From: an uncultured Alistipes sp.
Lineage (GTDB): Bacteria > Bacteroidota > Bacteroidia > Bacteroidales > Rikenellaceae
Reading direction: 5' to 3'
Assembly: GCA_964427035.1 (NCBI GenBank)
Contig: CAYRSF010000040.1
Location: 2,493 to 66,492 of the forward strand
DNA: 64,000 bases
Shown: positions 8,503 through 19,747 of the stretch, piece after piece
How the letters are laid out: every line of letters begins with the position of its first letter
Position numbering within the stretch: the first letter of the stretch is position 1
Translations under genes and position numbers: made by a program
The notes under the pieces: generated by a model
Told to the model about the DNA's origin: nothing
Database searches by the model: none
Seen by the model: only the letters and a program-made list of their open reading frames with translations

Positions 8503-11500
8503 CTATCTCGAAATCGTACCCGACTTTTTCGCTCCGTATTCGGCATCGATGGTCGATACTCCGAGCGTAATCTCTTCCAGAACGTCGAGCATCACGCGGA
8601 CGGTTTCGAGCGCAGTGAATATCGTAACGTTGTTCTCGACCGCGGAACGACGAATCTCGTAACCGTCGAGCCGGGTATTGTGCTGGTTGAGGTCGATAGT
8701 GTTGATTACGTAGTTCACATGACCCTTGCGCAACGTATTGTAGATGTCGCTGCTGCCCTCGCTCAACTTGCCCAGACAGCGTGTGCGCAATCCGTGTTCG
8801 CGCAGGAAGTTCGCCGTACCGCGGGTGGCCTCGATGTTGAAACCGAGGTTGTAGAACCGCTTGACGAGCGGCAGTGCAGCCTCCTTGTCCTTGTCGGCGA
8901 GCGTTACCAGAATGGTCCCGTAGTTCACGACCGCCATGCCCGAAGCCTGCAACGACTTGTAGAGCGCGCGCGTCAGCGTGTCGTCGTAACCGATAGCCTC
9001 GCCGGTCGATTTCATTTCGGGCGACAGATACGAATCGACGCCCTTGATTTTGGCGAACGAGAATGCCGGAGTCTTGACGAACCAGCGTTTGCGCTCTGCC
9101 GGATACACCTCCGTGATGCCCTGCTCGCGCAACGAATGACCGAGGATTGCGAGCGTCGCTATCTTCGCCATCTGCACGCCGGTCGATTTCGACAGGAACG
9201 GTACGGTGCGCGACGACCGGGGGTTCACCTCGATGACATATACCTTGTCCTCGTTATCGACGATGAACTGTATGTTGAAAAGCCCGACGATGCCGATGGC
9301 CTTGCCCAAACGCACGGTATAGTCGATTATCCGCCTCTTTACATTTTCGCTGACGCTGAATGTCGGATAGACGCTTATACTGTCGCCGGAGTGGATGCCG
9401 GTCTTCTCGACATGTTCCATGATGCCGGGGATGAATACGTCGGTGCCGTCGCAAACGGCATCTACCTCCAACTCCTTGCCCATGATGTACTTATCGACAA
9501 GCACGGGTGAATTTTCGTTGATTTCCACCGCATTGTGGAGATAGTGGCGCAATGTCTGCTCGTTGCCCACTATCTGCATGGCGCGACCGCCCAGCACGAA
9601 ACTCGGCCGCACGAGTACCGGATACCCTATGCGTTCGGCGGCGCGCACGCCATCCTCGATTTCGGTTATCGCCTGTGCCTGCGGCTGCGGGATGCCGACT
9701 TCGTGCATGATACGCTCGAAAATCTTGCGGTCTTCCGCCTTGTTGATGGCATCGATGTCCGTGCCGATGATCTTTACGCCCATGCGCACGAGAGGTTCTG
9801 CGAGATTGATAGCCGTCTGTCCGCCGAGCGATACGATGACGCCGAACGGCTTTTCGAGGCGGATTACGTTCATCACATCCTCGACCGTCAGCGGTTCGAA
9901 ATAGAGTTTGTCCGATATGGTGTAGTCGGTGGAAACCGTTTCGGGATTGTTGTTGATGACGATAGCCTCGTAACCCGCCTCACGGATAGTCCATATCGCA
10001 TGGACGGTCGAATAGTCGAACTCTACGCCCTGACCGATACGGATAGGACCCGAACCGAGCACCACGATTTTCTTCCTGTCGCTTGCGACCGATTCATTCT
10101 CCTGCTCGTAGGTCGAATAGAAGTAAGGCACGTAGGAACTGAACTCGCTCGCACAGGTATCTATCATTTTGTAGACCGGAAACATCCCGTATTTTTCGCG
10201 AATCGCGAATATCTCCTCGGCGGTCATGCCCCACAGCCTGCCGATGAACTTGTCGCTGAATCCCATGCGCTTGGCTCCGTACAAAACGTCGCGGTCGCCT
10301 TTGGCCGCCGCAACGACCCGCTCCTCCTCGACGATGTTCTTGATTTTTTCGAGGAAAAACATGTCGATTTTCGTGCGGTCGTAAATAAGCGACAAATCGA
10401 TGCCGTTGCGAATCAGTTGGGCGACGGCGTATATGCGGTCGTCCGTTCCGCGCGCTATGTAGGCGAGCATGTCGGCATTCGGCATGCCGTCGAATTTCTT
10501 GTTGTGGATATGGCATACTCCCGTTTCGAGCGAACGCACCGCTTTCAGCAGGCTCTCCTCGATAGTGCGGCCGACGCTCATCACCTCTCCCGTCGCCTTC
10601 ATCTGCGTGCCCAGTTCATTGGACGCTTCGCTGAACTTGTCGAACGGGAAACGGGCTATTTTGGTTACGACGTAGTCCAATGCCGGCTCGAAACTTGCCG
10701 GCGTATTGGCGATGTCGATTTCGTCGAGCGTCATTCCGACAGCGATTTTGGCACTCACGCGGGCTATCGGATAACCGCTCGCCTTGGATGCGAGAGCCGA
10801 CGAACGCGATACGCGCGGATTGACCTCTATTATGTAGTAGTTGAACGAAAGCGGGTCGAGAGCGAACTGGACGTTGCAACCGCCTTCGATTTTCAGCGCA
10901 CGGATTATCTTCAACGCACTGTCGCGCAACAACTGATACTCCTTGTTGGTGAGCGTCTGGCTCGGTGCGACGACTATCGAGTCGCCGGTGTGTATGCCGA
11001 CCGGATCGACATTCTCCATATTGCAGATGGTTATCGCCGTGTCGTTGCTGTCGCGCATCACCTCGTACTCGATCTCCTTGTAGCCCTTGATGCTCTTTTC
11101 GACAAGCACCTGATGTACCGGGGAAAGTGCGAGCGCATTGCGCATCATCTCGCGCAACTCCTGCTCGTCGTTTGCGAATCCGCCGCCCGTTCCGCCCAGC
11201 GTGAATGCAGGGCGCAGCACGACCGGATAGGTGATTTCAGCCGCGACCCTGACCGCCTTCTCGACCGAATCGACTATCTCCGACGGCAATACCGGTTCGC
11301 CCAGACGTATGCACAACTCCTTGAACAGTTCGCGGTCTTCCGCCTGCTCGATGCTCTCGAACGACGTGCCGAGGATTTCGACCTGACACTCTTCGAGAAT
11401 ACCCTTTTTGGCGAGTTGCACGGCGAGATTCAGTCCCGTCTGTCCGCCCAGTCCCGGAACAATCGCATCGGGACGCTCGTAACGGATGATTTTCGCCACG

Positions 11501-11718
11501 TATTCGAGTTTCAGCGGCTCCATATAGACCTTGTCGGCGATATGTGTGTCGGTCATTATCGTGGCAGGATTGGAGTTTACGAGAATAACCTCGTAGCCCT
11601 CCTCTTTGAGCGCAAGACACGCCTGCGTGCCGGCATAGTCGAATTCGGCCGCCTGACCGATGACGATGGGTCCCGAACCGATAACCATTACTTTCTTTAT
11701 ATCCGTACGTTTAGGCAT
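8503..11718 (-). CDS. carB: Carbamoyl-phosphate synthase large subunit
   Basis: [15 protein letters not shown], duplicated ATP-grasp halves, EVNPR. Confidence 0.98.
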   Translation of the reverse strand: MPKRTDIKKVMVIGSGPIVIGQAAEFDYAGTQACLALKEEGYEVILVNSNPATIMTDTHIADKVYMEPLKLEYVAKIIRYERPDAIVPGLGGQTGLNLAVQLAKKGILEECQVEILGTSFESIEQAEDRELFKELCIRLGEPVLPSEIVDSVEKAVRVAAEITYPVVLRPAFTLGGTGGGFANDEQELREMMRNALALSPVHQVLVEKSIKGYKEIEYEVMRDSNDTAITICNMENVDPVGIHTGDSIVVAPSQTLTNKEYQLLRDSALKIIRALKIEGGCNVQFALDPLSFNYYIIEVNPRVSRSSALASKASGYPIARVSAKIAVGMTLDEIDIANTPASFEPALDYVVTKIARFPFDKFSEASNELGTQMKATGEVMSVGRTIEESLLKAVRSLETGVCHIHNKKFDGMPNADMLAYIARGTDDRIYAVAQLIRNGIDLSLIYDRTKIDMFFLEKIKNIVEEERVVAAAKGDRDVLYGAKRMGFSDKFIGRLWGMTAEEIFAIREKYGMFPVYKMIDTCASEFSSYVPYFYSTYEQENESVASDRKKIVVLGSGPIRIGQGVEFDYSTVHAIWTIREAGYEAIVINNNPETVSTDYTISDKLYFEPLTVEDVMNVIRLEKPFGVIVSLGGQTAINLAEPLVRMGVKIIGTDIDAINKAEDRKIFERIMHEVGIPQPQAQAITEIEDGVRAAERIGYPVLVRPSFVLGGRAMQIVGNEQTLRHYLHNAVEINENSPVLVDKYIMGKELEVDAVCDGTDVFIPGIMEHVEKTGIHSGDSISVYPTFSVSENVKRRIIDYTVRLGKAIGIVGLFNIQFIVDNEDKVYVIEVNPRSSRTVPFLSKSTGVQMAKIATLAILGHSLREQGITEVYPAERKRWFVKTPAFSFAKIKGVDSYLSPEMKSTGEAIGYDDTLTRALYKSLQASGMAVVNYGTILVTLADKDKEAALPLVKRFYNLGFNIEATRGTANFLREHGLRTRCLGKLSEGSSDIYNTLRKGHVNYVINTIDLNQHNTRLDGYEIRRSAVENNVTIFTALETVRVMLDVLEEITLGVSTIDAEYGAKKSGTISR

Positions 11719-12805
11719 TGCGATTCTCCTCCATAAGTTTTATGAATTTGTCGAAAAGGTATGTACTGTCCTGCGGACCCGGTGCGCTTTCGGGGTGATA
11801 CTGCACCGAAAAAATCTTGTCGCGGCGATTTTCGACCCCCTCGACCGTGCCGTCGAGCAGATTTACGTGCGTTACCTCCAACGGAGTGTTGCGCAGCGAC
11901 TCTTCGTCGATGGCATAGTTGTGGTTCTGGCTCGTTATCTCGATTTTGCCCGTAAGCAGGTTCTTGACCGGATGATTTCCGCCTCGATGTCCGAATTTGA
12001 GTTTGAAACTCTTCGCTCCGTAGGCGAGCGAAATGAGTTGGTGCCCGAGGCAGATTCCGAAAATCGGCAGTTTGCCCCTCAACCGCTCGACGAGTCCGGC
12101 GACCTGCGGGACGTCGCCCGGGTCGCCCGGTCCGTTGGAGATGAATATTCCGTGCGGATTGAATGCCATAATCTCCTCGACCGGCGTATCGAACGGCACG
12201 ATGATTACGTTGCAGCCGCGCTGATTGAGCGAGCGCACGATATTGTACTTTATGCCGCAGTCGATAGCCACAACGTCGAAGCGGTGGTGCGGCGTACGCG
12301 AAAACCAGCGTTTTCGGCAACTCACTTTCGATACCACATCGTGATCGACCGGCGTCGAAGCGATTAACCGCAAAGCCTCATCGGTCGTCATCCCGATATC
12401 GACTATCGCCGCCCGCTGACAGCCTTCGTTGCGGATTATTCGGGTGAGCATACGGGTATCGATGCCGCTGATGCAGGGGATGCCGTGCTCCTCGAACACC
12501 TCCGAAATGGTTTTGGTATAGCGGAAGTTGCTCGGATTCTCGCTGCATTCGCGAACTATCATTCCGCCAATGGTGAGCGATTTGGTTTCGAAGTCCTCGT
12601 CGGTGATGCCGTAGTTGCCGATAAGCGGATAGGTCATCACCACGATTTGATTGGTATACGACGGATCGGAGAGAATCTCCTGATACCCCACCATCGACGT
12701 ATTGAACACGATTTCGCACACGACGCTGCGGTTCGCTCCGTAGCCGCAGCCGCAGAATTCGCGTCCGTTTTCGAGGACCAACTTTTTGTCGGGTTGTAGT
12801 TTCAT
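11711..12805 (-). CDS. carA: Carbamoyl-phosphate synthase small subunit
   Basis: [31 protein letters not shown]. Confidence 0.97.
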   Translation of the reverse strand: MKLQPDKKLVLENGREFCGCGYGANRSVVCEIVFNTSMVGYQEILSDPSYTNQIVVMTYPLIGNYGITDEDFETKSLTIGGMIVRECSENPSNFRYTKTISEVFEEHGIPCISGIDTRMLTRIIRNEGCQRAAIVDIGMTTDEALRLIASTPVDHDVVSKVSCRKRWFSRTPHHRFDVVAIDCGIKYNIVRSLNQRGCNVIIVPFDTPVEEIMAFNPHGIFISNGPGDPGDVPQVAGLVERLRGKLPIFGICLGHQLISLAYGAKSFKLKFGHRGGNHPVKNLLTGKIEITSQNHNYAIDEESLRNTPLEVTHVNLLDGTVEGVENRRDKIFSVQYHPESAPGPQDSTYLFDKFIKLMEENRNA

Positions 12806-12824
12806 TATGTGTATCGTTGTTTTA

Positions 12825-14099
12825 TTATATCTTTTTCCATACGGGTTCGCCGTTTTTCAGCGTCAGCAGGCACTCTCCGTAGACCTCGCGTCCGTCGAAC
12901 GGAGTCGCACGACCCGCCGACAGAAACCCGCGGCTGTCGATGCGGTAAGGCTTCGCGATGTCGAATATCGCGATATCGGCGGCTTCGCCGACGCGCAATC
13001 CGCCGCCCAGACGGAATATCCGCCGCGGATTGTCGCACATCAACTCTATCATCCGTTCTATCGATATCGCACCTTTGCGCACGAGTTCGGTATATATGAC
13101 GGCGAATGCCGTTTCGAGCCCGACGATACCCATGGCACTCCCTTTCAGCCCGCGAGACTTCTCCTCTGCGGTGTGCGGCGCATGGTCGGTCGCTATAATC
13201 TCTATCGTGCCGTCCTGAATGCCGCGTATCAGAGCGTCGCGGTCGGCTGCCGTCCTCAACGGAGGATTCATCTTGAATCGCCCGTCCTCCTGCAAGTCGT
13301 CTTCGGCAAGCGCAAGGTAGTGAGGGGCGGTTTCGCACGTTACGTTCACTCCCGCCTTACGGGCTTTGCGGATAATTTCGACGCTTTCTGCTGTCGATAT
13401 GTGGCATACGTGATAGCGGCAGCCCGTCTCGGCGGCGAGTTTCACGTCGCGGGCGATCTGCCCCCATTCGCTTTCCGAACAGATTCCGCGGTGTCCGTTG
13501 CGACGGGCGTATTCGCCGTCGTGGATATATCCGCCGTGCAGCAGCGAATCGTCCTCGCAATGAGCGGCGATTATGCCGTCCATCGCCGCCACGCGCCGCA
13601 TAGCCTCCCGCATCACGCGCTCCTGCTGAATGCCGCTGCCGTCGTCCGAAAAACCTGCGACATGAGGCATCAGAACCTCCAAATCCGTTACCACGCGACC
13701 TTCGCGGGCTACCGTTATGGTCGCATACGGACGGACGTCGATTACAGCCTGACGGTCGATAAGTTCCTGCTCTATCGCGAGTGCCGCCGGCGAATCGGGG
13801 GCGGGATTGAGATTGGGCATCGCGCATACGACCGTGTAACCGCCGTGCGCCGCAGCCCGCGTACCGCTCGCAATGGTCTCCTTGGCGGAGTAACCCGGCT
13901 CGCGCAGATGAACATGGACATCGGCAAGACCGCAGGTAACGATACATCCCGCAGCATCGACCGTTTCGTCGGCGGCATCGGCAGGGATTCTCTCGTCCAT
14001 GGCGGCGATAATGCCGTCGGCAACGAGAATATCGCATCGGCTGCTCGTTCCGCCGCCTACCGCCGTTCCGCCATGTATCAGAAGTTTACGCCCGTTCAT
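12825..14099 (-). CDS. pyrC: Dihydroorotase (long, Bacillus/Clostridium type)
   Basis: DVHVHLREPG, MPN, KMNPPLR, ATDHAPH; start taken at MNGRKLL. Confidence 0.95.
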   Translation of the reverse strand: MNGRKLLIHGGTAVGGGTSSRCDILVADGIIAAMDERIPADAADETVDAAGCIVTCGLADVHVHLREPGYSAKETIASGTRAAAHGGYTVVCAMPNLNPAPDSPAALAIEQELIDRQAVIDVRPYATITVAREGRVVTDLEVLMPHVAGFSDDGSGIQQERVMREAMRRVAAMDGIIAAHCEDDSLLHGGYIHDGEYARRNGHRGICSESEWGQIARDVKLAAETGCRYHVCHISTAESVEIIRKARKAGVNVTCETAPHYLALAEDDLQEDGRFKMNPPLRTAADRDALIRGIQDGTIEIIATDHAPHTAEEKSRGLKGSAMGIVGLETAFAVIYTELVRKGAISIERMIELMCDNPRRIFRLGGGLRVGEAADIAIFDIAKPYRIDSRGFLSAGRATPFDGREVYGECLLTLKNGEPVWKKI

Positions 14100-14260
14100 A
14101 AGCATATCGTATAAAAAAGGCGGCACCTGTCGGTGCCGCCCGAAATTGAAACAATATTTTCGTCGATGAACGATGAATCGAAAACCGAAACGGGGGAATG
14201 ATGCCAGTCGTGAGGCTGCTGCCCCTGTCTGGAAGACGATATGTTAGCAAGAAAAGTCAT
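14096..14260 (-). CDS. Putative pyr leader peptide (54 aa) reading through the attenuator
   Basis: ATG at 14260 lies downstream of the promoter; frame crosses the terminator and its TGA overlaps the pyrC ATG (ATGA); translation is inferred only. Confidence 0.4.
   Translation of the reverse strand: MTFLANISSSRQGQQPHDWHHSPVSVFDSSFIDENIVSISGGTDRCRLFYTICL
14113..14140 (-). terminator. Intrinsic terminator/attenuator in the pyr operon leader
   Basis: GGCGGCACC-GACA-GGTGCCGCC-TTTTTT, 13 nt upstream of pyrC and downstream of its promoter. Confidence 0.85.
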
Positions 14261-14299
14261 TATTCCCAGTTCGGATTCCGGCGTCGCATGGCGACACTG

Positions 14300-14330
14300 C
14301 AAAGATACATATTTTTTGTCCATCCGCAAA
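14300..14330 (-). promoter_or_regulatory. Bacteroidota promoter of the pyr operon
   Basis: -33 TTTG (14330-14327), 19-nt spacer, -7 TATCTTTG (14307-14300). Confidence 0.75.
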
Positions 14331-14361
14331 CCCGGATCTTCCGTTTTCATATAAATTCGTT

Positions 14362-15552
14362 CTAACGAGGCAGAATTTCGATTTCGAGTGCCGAATATGC
14401 GCGTTCGGCCTTCGCGAGTGCCGCCTCGACCGTTTCGTCCGAAGCGAGAATCACTCCGTAGCGGCGATGCCCCTTGACCTCCGGCTTGCCGAACAGCCGA
14501 ATCTGAACGTCCGGCTCGGACAGCACCTTTTCGAGATTGCCGAATACGACCTTGTCGGTATCGCCCTCGACTACTATCGCCTTCGATGCGCTCGGACGAT
14601 AAAAACGCACAGCCGGAACCGGCAGTCCGAGAATCGCACGGGCATGCAGAGCGAACTCCGACATGTCCTGCGAAATCATCGTTACCATGCCCGTATCGTG
14701 CGGACGCGGCGAAACCTCGCTGAATATCACGTCGTCTCCCTTGACGAACATCTCCACTCCGAAGATGCCGAAGCCTCCCAAAGCATCGGTGATTCGGCGG
14801 GCTATTTCGTGCGCGCGCGCTCTGGCGAGCGGACTCATGCCCTGCGGCTGCCACGATTCGCGATAGTCGCCGTTCACCTGATGATGACCGACAGGTTCGA
14901 GCATCGTGGTTCCGGCACTGTGGCGCACGGTAAGCAGCGTTATCTCGTAGTCGAAATCGACGAACTTTTCGACGATGACGCGACCTGCTCCGGCACGTCC
15001 GCCCTCCTGCGCGCAATGCCATGCGGCATCGATGTCCCCGCGGCTGCGGACTGCACTCTGACCGTGTCCCGACGAACTCATTATGGGTTTCACCACGCAC
15101 GGGATGCCGATTTCGCCGACAGCCGCGATGAAATCATCGTAGGTATCGGCAAAGCGATAGTCGGACGTCGGGAGTCCGAGTTTCTCGGCTGCAAGCCGGC
15201 GGATGCCCTCGCGATTCATCGTGAGCCATGCGGCATTGGCCGTCGGAATGACGTTGTACCCCTCCTTTTCGAGTTCGACGAGCGTCGGAGTGGCGATAGC
15301 CTCGACTTCGGGAATGATGTAATCGGGTTTTTCGAGTTCGATTATTTCGCGCAGTTTCGCTCCGTCGAGCATCGAAAGTACATGGGAGCGGTGTGCGACC
15401 TGCATTGCAGGGGCGTCGGCATAGCGGTCGAGAGCCACGACCTCGATTCCGTAACGTTGCAGTTCGATTGCGACCTCCTTGCCGAGTTCGCCTGCGCCGC
15501 ACAACAACGCCTTTTTGCCTGCCGAAGTAAGCGGAGTTCCGATTTTTGCCAT
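14362..15552 (-). CDS. purT: Formate-dependent phosphoribosylglycinamide formyltransferase
   Basis: [32 protein letters not shown]; start taken at MAKIGTP. Confidence 0.96.
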   Translation of the reverse strand: MAKIGTPLTSAGKKALLCGAGELGKEVAIELQRYGIEVVALDRYADAPAMQVAHRSHVLSMLDGAKLREIIELEKPDYIIPEVEAIATPTLVELEKEGYNVIPTANAAWLTMNREGIRRLAAEKLGLPTSDYRFADTYDDFIAAVGEIGIPCVVKPIMSSSGHGQSAVRSRGDIDAAWHCAQEGGRAGAGRVIVEKFVDFDYEITLLTVRHSAGTTMLEPVGHHQVNGDYRESWQPQGMSPLARARAHEIARRITDALGGFGIFGVEMFVKGDDVIFSEVSPRPHDTGMVTMISQDMSEFALHARAILGLPVPAVRFYRPSASKAIVVEGDTDKVVFGNLEKVLSEPDVQIRLFGKPEVKGHRRYGVILASDETVEAALAKAERAYSALEIEILPR

Positions 15553-15669
15553 AACGAGAAAAATATTTGGATGTTGGTTCTTGTGCAAAAATACTATCGG
15601 CAGACGGAACAGCCCTCTCCCCGGCGCAAAAGTTATTAAAAGTTTTCATCAATCGCCGATTCGGTCGAA

Positions 15670-15735
15670 GTGTCAGAATTTTCAACCATTGTGTCAAAAT
15701 GAATAACAGTACGGACGTGCGATTGACTATTTTTG
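15670..15735 (+). promoter_or_regulatory. rha promoter: direct repeats at 21-bp spacing plus -7 element
   Basis: GTGTCAGAAT (15670) and GTGTCAAAAT (15691); TATTTTTG at 15728-15735. Confidence 0.5.
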
Positions 15736-15759
15736 TAAGAAGAACCTGAAACCGAATAT

Positions 15760-17184
15760 ATGAATCGCAACTTCATCGCCGTGGACATCGGTGCGACCAG
15801 CGGCCGCGTCATTCTCGGAACGTATGCCGGCGGACGCATCTCGACAGAGTGCATACACCGTTTTCCGAACTCTATACTGCCGCTCGGCGGCAAATATTAC
15901 TGGGACATTTACGCACTATACGCCGAAATCGTCCGGGGGCTCGCGGAAATCGGAAAACGCTCCGTACGAATCGAATCGATAGGCATCGACACGTGGGGCG
16001 TCGATTTCGTCTGCATCGCCGGCGACGGGTCGCTGCTTTCACTGCCGCGCTCGTACCGCGATCCATATACCGACGGCGAGCCGGAGCGGTTCTTCGGTCG
16101 CATTCCCCGCCGCGAAGTCTACGAAAGAACAGGGATACAGATAATGAATTTCAACACGCTGTTCCAACTCTCGGCCCAATGCCGCGAAGGTTCGTCGGCA
16201 CTGCGCGACGCCGCATCGATTCTGTTCATGCCCGACGCGCTGTCGTACATGCTGACCGGCGAGAAGGTTTGCGAATACACGATTCTCTCGACATCGCAAC
16301 TGCTCGACCCGCGCAGCAAAAAAATCGATGCCGGACTGCTCGAAGCCGCCGGCACGGACGCATCGCTGCTCCCGCGCATCGTAATGCCGGGCGAAAGAGT
16401 CGGAGTGTTGGGAAGCGACATAGCCGGGCGCACAGGATTGGGGGCAGTACCCGTAATCGCCGTCGCCGGTCATGATACGGCATCGGCCGTCGCGGCAGTT
16501 CCGGCGGAAAACGGGCGGTTCGCCTATTTGAGTTCGGGCACTTGGTCGCTGATGGGCATCGAATTGCGCGAACCGGTAATCGACGACGGGTCGTTCGCCA
16601 TGAACTTCACCAACGAAGGCGGTGTGGACGGCACGGTGCGATTCCTCAAAAACATTACGGGCATGTGGCTGCTCGAACAGTGCCGCGCCGAGTGGTCGCG
16701 CAAGGGGCGCATCTATACCTATGAAGATATAACGCGCATGGCGGAAGCGGCACCGCGTTCGAGGGCGACGATAGATCCCGACGACGCATCTTTCGCATCG
16801 CCTGCGAATATGGCGGAGGCTATATGCGCCTATTGCCGCACGCACGGCATCGCCGAACCTCGCGACGATGCGGCGACTATGCGTCTCATATTCGATTCGC
16901 TCGCCGCCAAGTACGGCGAAGTTCTCGCGCGGCTGCAAAAGGTCGCTCCGTTCGAAATCGACACCCTGCACGTTATCGGCGGCGGCGCGCGGAACAATCT
17001 GCTCAATCGTCTGACAGCCGATGCAACGGGAGTGAGAGTCGTCGCAGGACCGTCGGAGGCTACGGCACTTGGCAGCCTGATGATACAGGCGAGGACAGCC
17101 GGACTGGTCGATTCGCTCGACGACATGCGACGCTGCGTGCGCGAATCCTCGGAACTGAAAATCTACAACCCTGAAAAACCATAA
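15760..17184 (+). CDS. rhaB: Rhamnulokinase
   Basis: AVDIGATSGR, GIDTWGVD, HDTASAV, SSGTWSL; next to rhaA/rhaD. Confidence 0.92.
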   Translation: MNRNFIAVDIGATSGRVILGTYAGGRISTECIHRFPNSILPLGGKYYWDIYALYAEIVRGLAEIGKRSVRIESIGIDTWGVDFVCIAGDGSLLSLPRSYRDPYTDGEPERFFGRIPRREVYERTGIQIMNFNTLFQLSAQCREGSSALRDAASILFMPDALSYMLTGEKVCEYTILSTSQLLDPRSKKIDAGLLEAAGTDASLLPRIVMPGERVGVLGSDIAGRTGLGAVPVIAVAGHDTASAVAAVPAENGRFAYLSSGTWSLMGIELREPVIDDGSFAMNFTNEGGVDGTVRFLKNITGMWLLEQCRAEWSRKGRIYTYEDITRMAEAAPRSRATIDPDDASFASPANMAEAICAYCRTHGIAEPRDDAATMRLIFDSLAAKYGEVLARLQKVAPFEIDTLHVIGGGARNNLLNRLTADATGVRVVAGPSEATALGSLMIQARTAGLVDSLDDMRRCVRESSELKIYNPEKP

Positions 17185-17188
17185 CGAC

Positions 17189-18442
17189 ATGAAAGAATCG
17201 ACAATCGAAAAATCCTACGAAATCGCCCGCGAACGATATGCGGCGATAGGCGTAAATACCGAAATCGCCATCGACCGGCTGCAAAACATAGCGTTGTCGA
17301 TGCACTGCTGGCAGGCTGACGACGTATCGGGCTTCGAGAATCCCGACGGCGAACTATCGGGCGGCATTCAGGCTACCGGCAACTACCGCGGCAAAGCCCG
17401 CAACATCGGCGAGGTGCGCCGCGACATCGACTTCGCGGCATCGCTCATTCCGGCGAAACACCGCCTCAACCTCCATGCCATATACGGCGACTTCGGCGGC
17501 AGGGCGGTCGATCGCGACGAAATCGAGCCGTCGCATTTCGAGAGTTGGATGCAGTGGGCAGCCGAACGCGGCATGAAACTCGATTTCAACTCCACTTCGT
17601 TTTCGCACCCGAAGAGCGGGTCGCTCACCCTCGCCAATCCCGACGACGGAATCCGCAACTTCTGGATAGAACACACCAAACGCTGCCGCGCGATAGCCGA
17701 GGAGATGGGACGCCGTCAAGGCTCGCCGAGTATCATGAACCTCTGGATTCACGACGGTTCGAAGGATACGACCGTGAACCGTCTGCGCTATCGCGAACTT
17801 CTCAAAGAGTCGCTCGACGAGATTTTCGCCACCGAATACGCCGATATGCGCGACTGCATCGAAGCCAAACTTTTCGGCATCGGCGCAGAAAGTTACACGG
17901 TAGGCTCCTACGACTTCTATCTCGCCTACGGAGCGAAACACAATAAGATAGTTACGCTCGACACCGGGCATTTCCACCCGACGGAGAGCATCGCCGACAA
18001 AATTTCGTCGCTGCTCCTGTTTACGCCGGAGGTGATGCTGCACGTCAGCCGTCCGGTGCGCTGGGACTCCGACCACGTTACGACGATGAACGACGAAACT
18101 CTCGAACTCGCCAAGGAGATAGTTCGCTGCGACGCGCTCGACAGAGTGCATATAGGGCTCGACTATTTCGACGCGTCGATTAATCGCGTCGGGGCATATG
18201 TCATCGGCATGCGGGCTACCCAAAAATGCCTGTTGCAGGCTCTGTTGGAACCTATCGAGACTCTGCGAGTGCACGAAGCCGAGAACCGTCTGTTCGAACG
18301 GCTGGCGATGTTGGAGGAAGGCAAGTCGCTGCCGTGGAGTGCGGTTTGGGACATGTTCTGCCTGCGCAACGGAGTGCCGGCAGGCGAAGAGTACATAACC
18401 GAAATTCAGCGTTACGAGCGCGAAGTAACCTCAAAACGATAG
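17189..18442 (+). CDS. rhaA: L-rhamnose isomerase
   Basis: MHCWQADDV, LDTGHFHPTE, HVSRPVRWDSDHV, DYFDASINR. Confidence 0.97.
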   Translation: MKESTIEKSYEIARERYAAIGVNTEIAIDRLQNIALSMHCWQADDVSGFENPDGELSGGIQATGNYRGKARNIGEVRRDIDFAASLIPAKHRLNLHAIYGDFGGRAVDRDEIEPSHFESWMQWAAERGMKLDFNSTSFSHPKSGSLTLANPDDGIRNFWIEHTKRCRAIAEEMGRRQGSPSIMNLWIHDGSKDTTVNRLRYRELLKESLDEIFATEYADMRDCIEAKLFGIGAESYTVGSYDFYLAYGAKHNKIVTLDTGHFHPTESIADKISSLLLFTPEVMLHVSRPVRWDSDHVTTMNDETLELAKEIVRCDALDRVHIGLDYFDASINRVGAYVIGMRATQKCLLQALLEPIETLRVHEAENRLFERLAMLEEGKSLPWSAVWDMFCLRNGVPAGEEYITEIQRYEREVTSKR

Positions 18443-18446
18443 GTTT

Positions 18447-19250
18447 ATGAAATCGATATTGGACGGTCGCCCCGAATTGGCGCACAAAATAGATGAGGTC
18501 GCCGAGGTCGCGGGCTATCTCTGGCAGAAAGGCTGGGCGGAGCGCAACGGCGGCAACATCACGATAAACATCACCGAGTTCGCGGATGACGGAATGCGTT
18601 CGCTCGCTCCGATAAGCGGACCCGTGCGAATCGGCGTTACGCTGCCGCACCTTCGCGGATGCTGGTTCTTCTGCAAGGGGACGAACCGGCGCATGCGGGA
18701 CCTCGCACGACGACCGATGGATAACGGCTCGATAATCCGCATTCTCGACGACTGCGCGAGTTACGAGATAGTGGCAGACAATCCGGTTCGTCCGACATCC
18801 GAACTGCCTGCGCATCTGTCGATGCACGAACAGATGACGGCCTCGGGCAACGGTTACCGGGCGGCGTTGCACACCCACCCTATCGACCTCGTCGCAATGA
18901 GCCACAATCCGGAGTTTCTGAAAAAGGACGTGCTTACCAATCTGTTGTGGAGCATGATTCCCGAAACCCGGGCTTTCTGCCCGAAAGGAGTGGGAATAGT
19001 TCCGTACCGGATGCCGGGTTCGGTCTCCCTCGCCGAACGGACGGTCGAGCAGTTGCGCGACTATGACGTCGTTCTGTGGGAGAAGCACGGAGTGTGCGCC
19101 GTCGCCGAAAATATCGTCGAAGCGTTCGATATGGTCGATACGCTCTCGAAATCGGCGCAAATCTATCAGACAGCCCGCAACATGGGATTCGTGCCCGAGG
19201 GCATGTCGCAACAACAGATGGACGAATTGAAGCAGGCTTTCGGACTTTGA
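18447..19250 (+). CDS. rhaD: Rhamnulose-1-phosphate aldolase
   Basis: GWAERNGGNI, PTSELPAH, HTHP, WEKHG. Confidence 0.95.
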   Translation: MKSILDGRPELAHKIDEVAEVAGYLWQKGWAERNGGNITINITEFADDGMRSLAPISGPVRIGVTLPHLRGCWFFCKGTNRRMRDLARRPMDNGSIIRILDDCASYEIVADNPVRPTSELPAHLSMHEQMTASGNGYRAALHTHPIDLVAMSHNPEFLKKDVLTNLLWSMIPETRAFCPKGVGIVPYRMPGSVSLAERTVEQLRDYDVVLWEKHGVCAVAENIVEAFDMVDTLSKSAQIYQTARNMGFVPEGMSQQQMDELKQAFGL

Positions 19251-19267
19251 CCGAAGCCGCGATATGC

Positions 19268-19297
19268 CGAAGCCTCCGAAGAAATCGGGGGCTTTCG
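19268..19297. terminator. Hairpin between convergent rhaD and doxX
   Basis: CGAAGCCTCCGA-agaaa-TCGGGGGCTTTCG. Confidence 0.55.
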
Positions 19298-19747
19298 CTA
19301 TCTCTTCCCGCTGCGTCTGTTCGCCCGCGAACGCTCGACTAAACCGGCGAAAATACGGTCTATCGAATACCGCCCGGGTCCGACCACATACAGAAGCAGA
19401 AAAACCATAAGATTCGCGAACGCCATTTCGCCATCGGCGACGCTCCACTTGTGAACGACGACGAATGCCGTAATCATAGTGATTATCATCGGAATCATAC
19501 ACAGTCTGTGGAGGAAGCCGACGATGAATGCCGCCGAACATACGACTTCGCCGAAAATCGCCAGTATCAGCGAACCGCGGCTGCCGATGCCGAGCGGGTC
19601 GGGAAACGTCTGCGAAAGAGCGTCGAAATCGAAGATTTTGCCTATGCCGTGCACCATCAGCAGGATGCCGAACAGAACTCTGAGCGACAGGACGAACAGC
19701 GAAAAGTTCTTGCGGTAGGCATAGGTCGGAAACAGGAAAGAGTACAT
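19298..19747 (-). CDS. DoxX family membrane protein
   Basis: LRVLFG..MVHG..K, FPDPLGIG, GPGRYSID. Confidence 0.88.
   Translation of the reverse strand: MYSFLFPTYAYRKNFSLFVLSLRVLFGILLMVHGIGKIFDFDALSQTFPDPLGIGSRGSLILAIFGEVVCSAAFIVGFLHRLCMIPMIITMITAFVVVHKWSVADGEMAFANLMVFLLLYVVGPGRYSIDRIFAGLVERSRANRRSGKR

Noticed and set aside
14204..14218. CCAGTCGTGAGGCTG hairpin as a PyrR binding loop
   Set aside because: Wrong strand for the pyr mRNA and an imperfect match to ARUCCNGNGAGGYU
14261..15100. Upstream part of the 334-aa minus ORF 14096-15100
   Set aside because: Overlaps purT out of frame and lies upstream of or across the pyr promoter; only the last 54 codons are plausible as a leader
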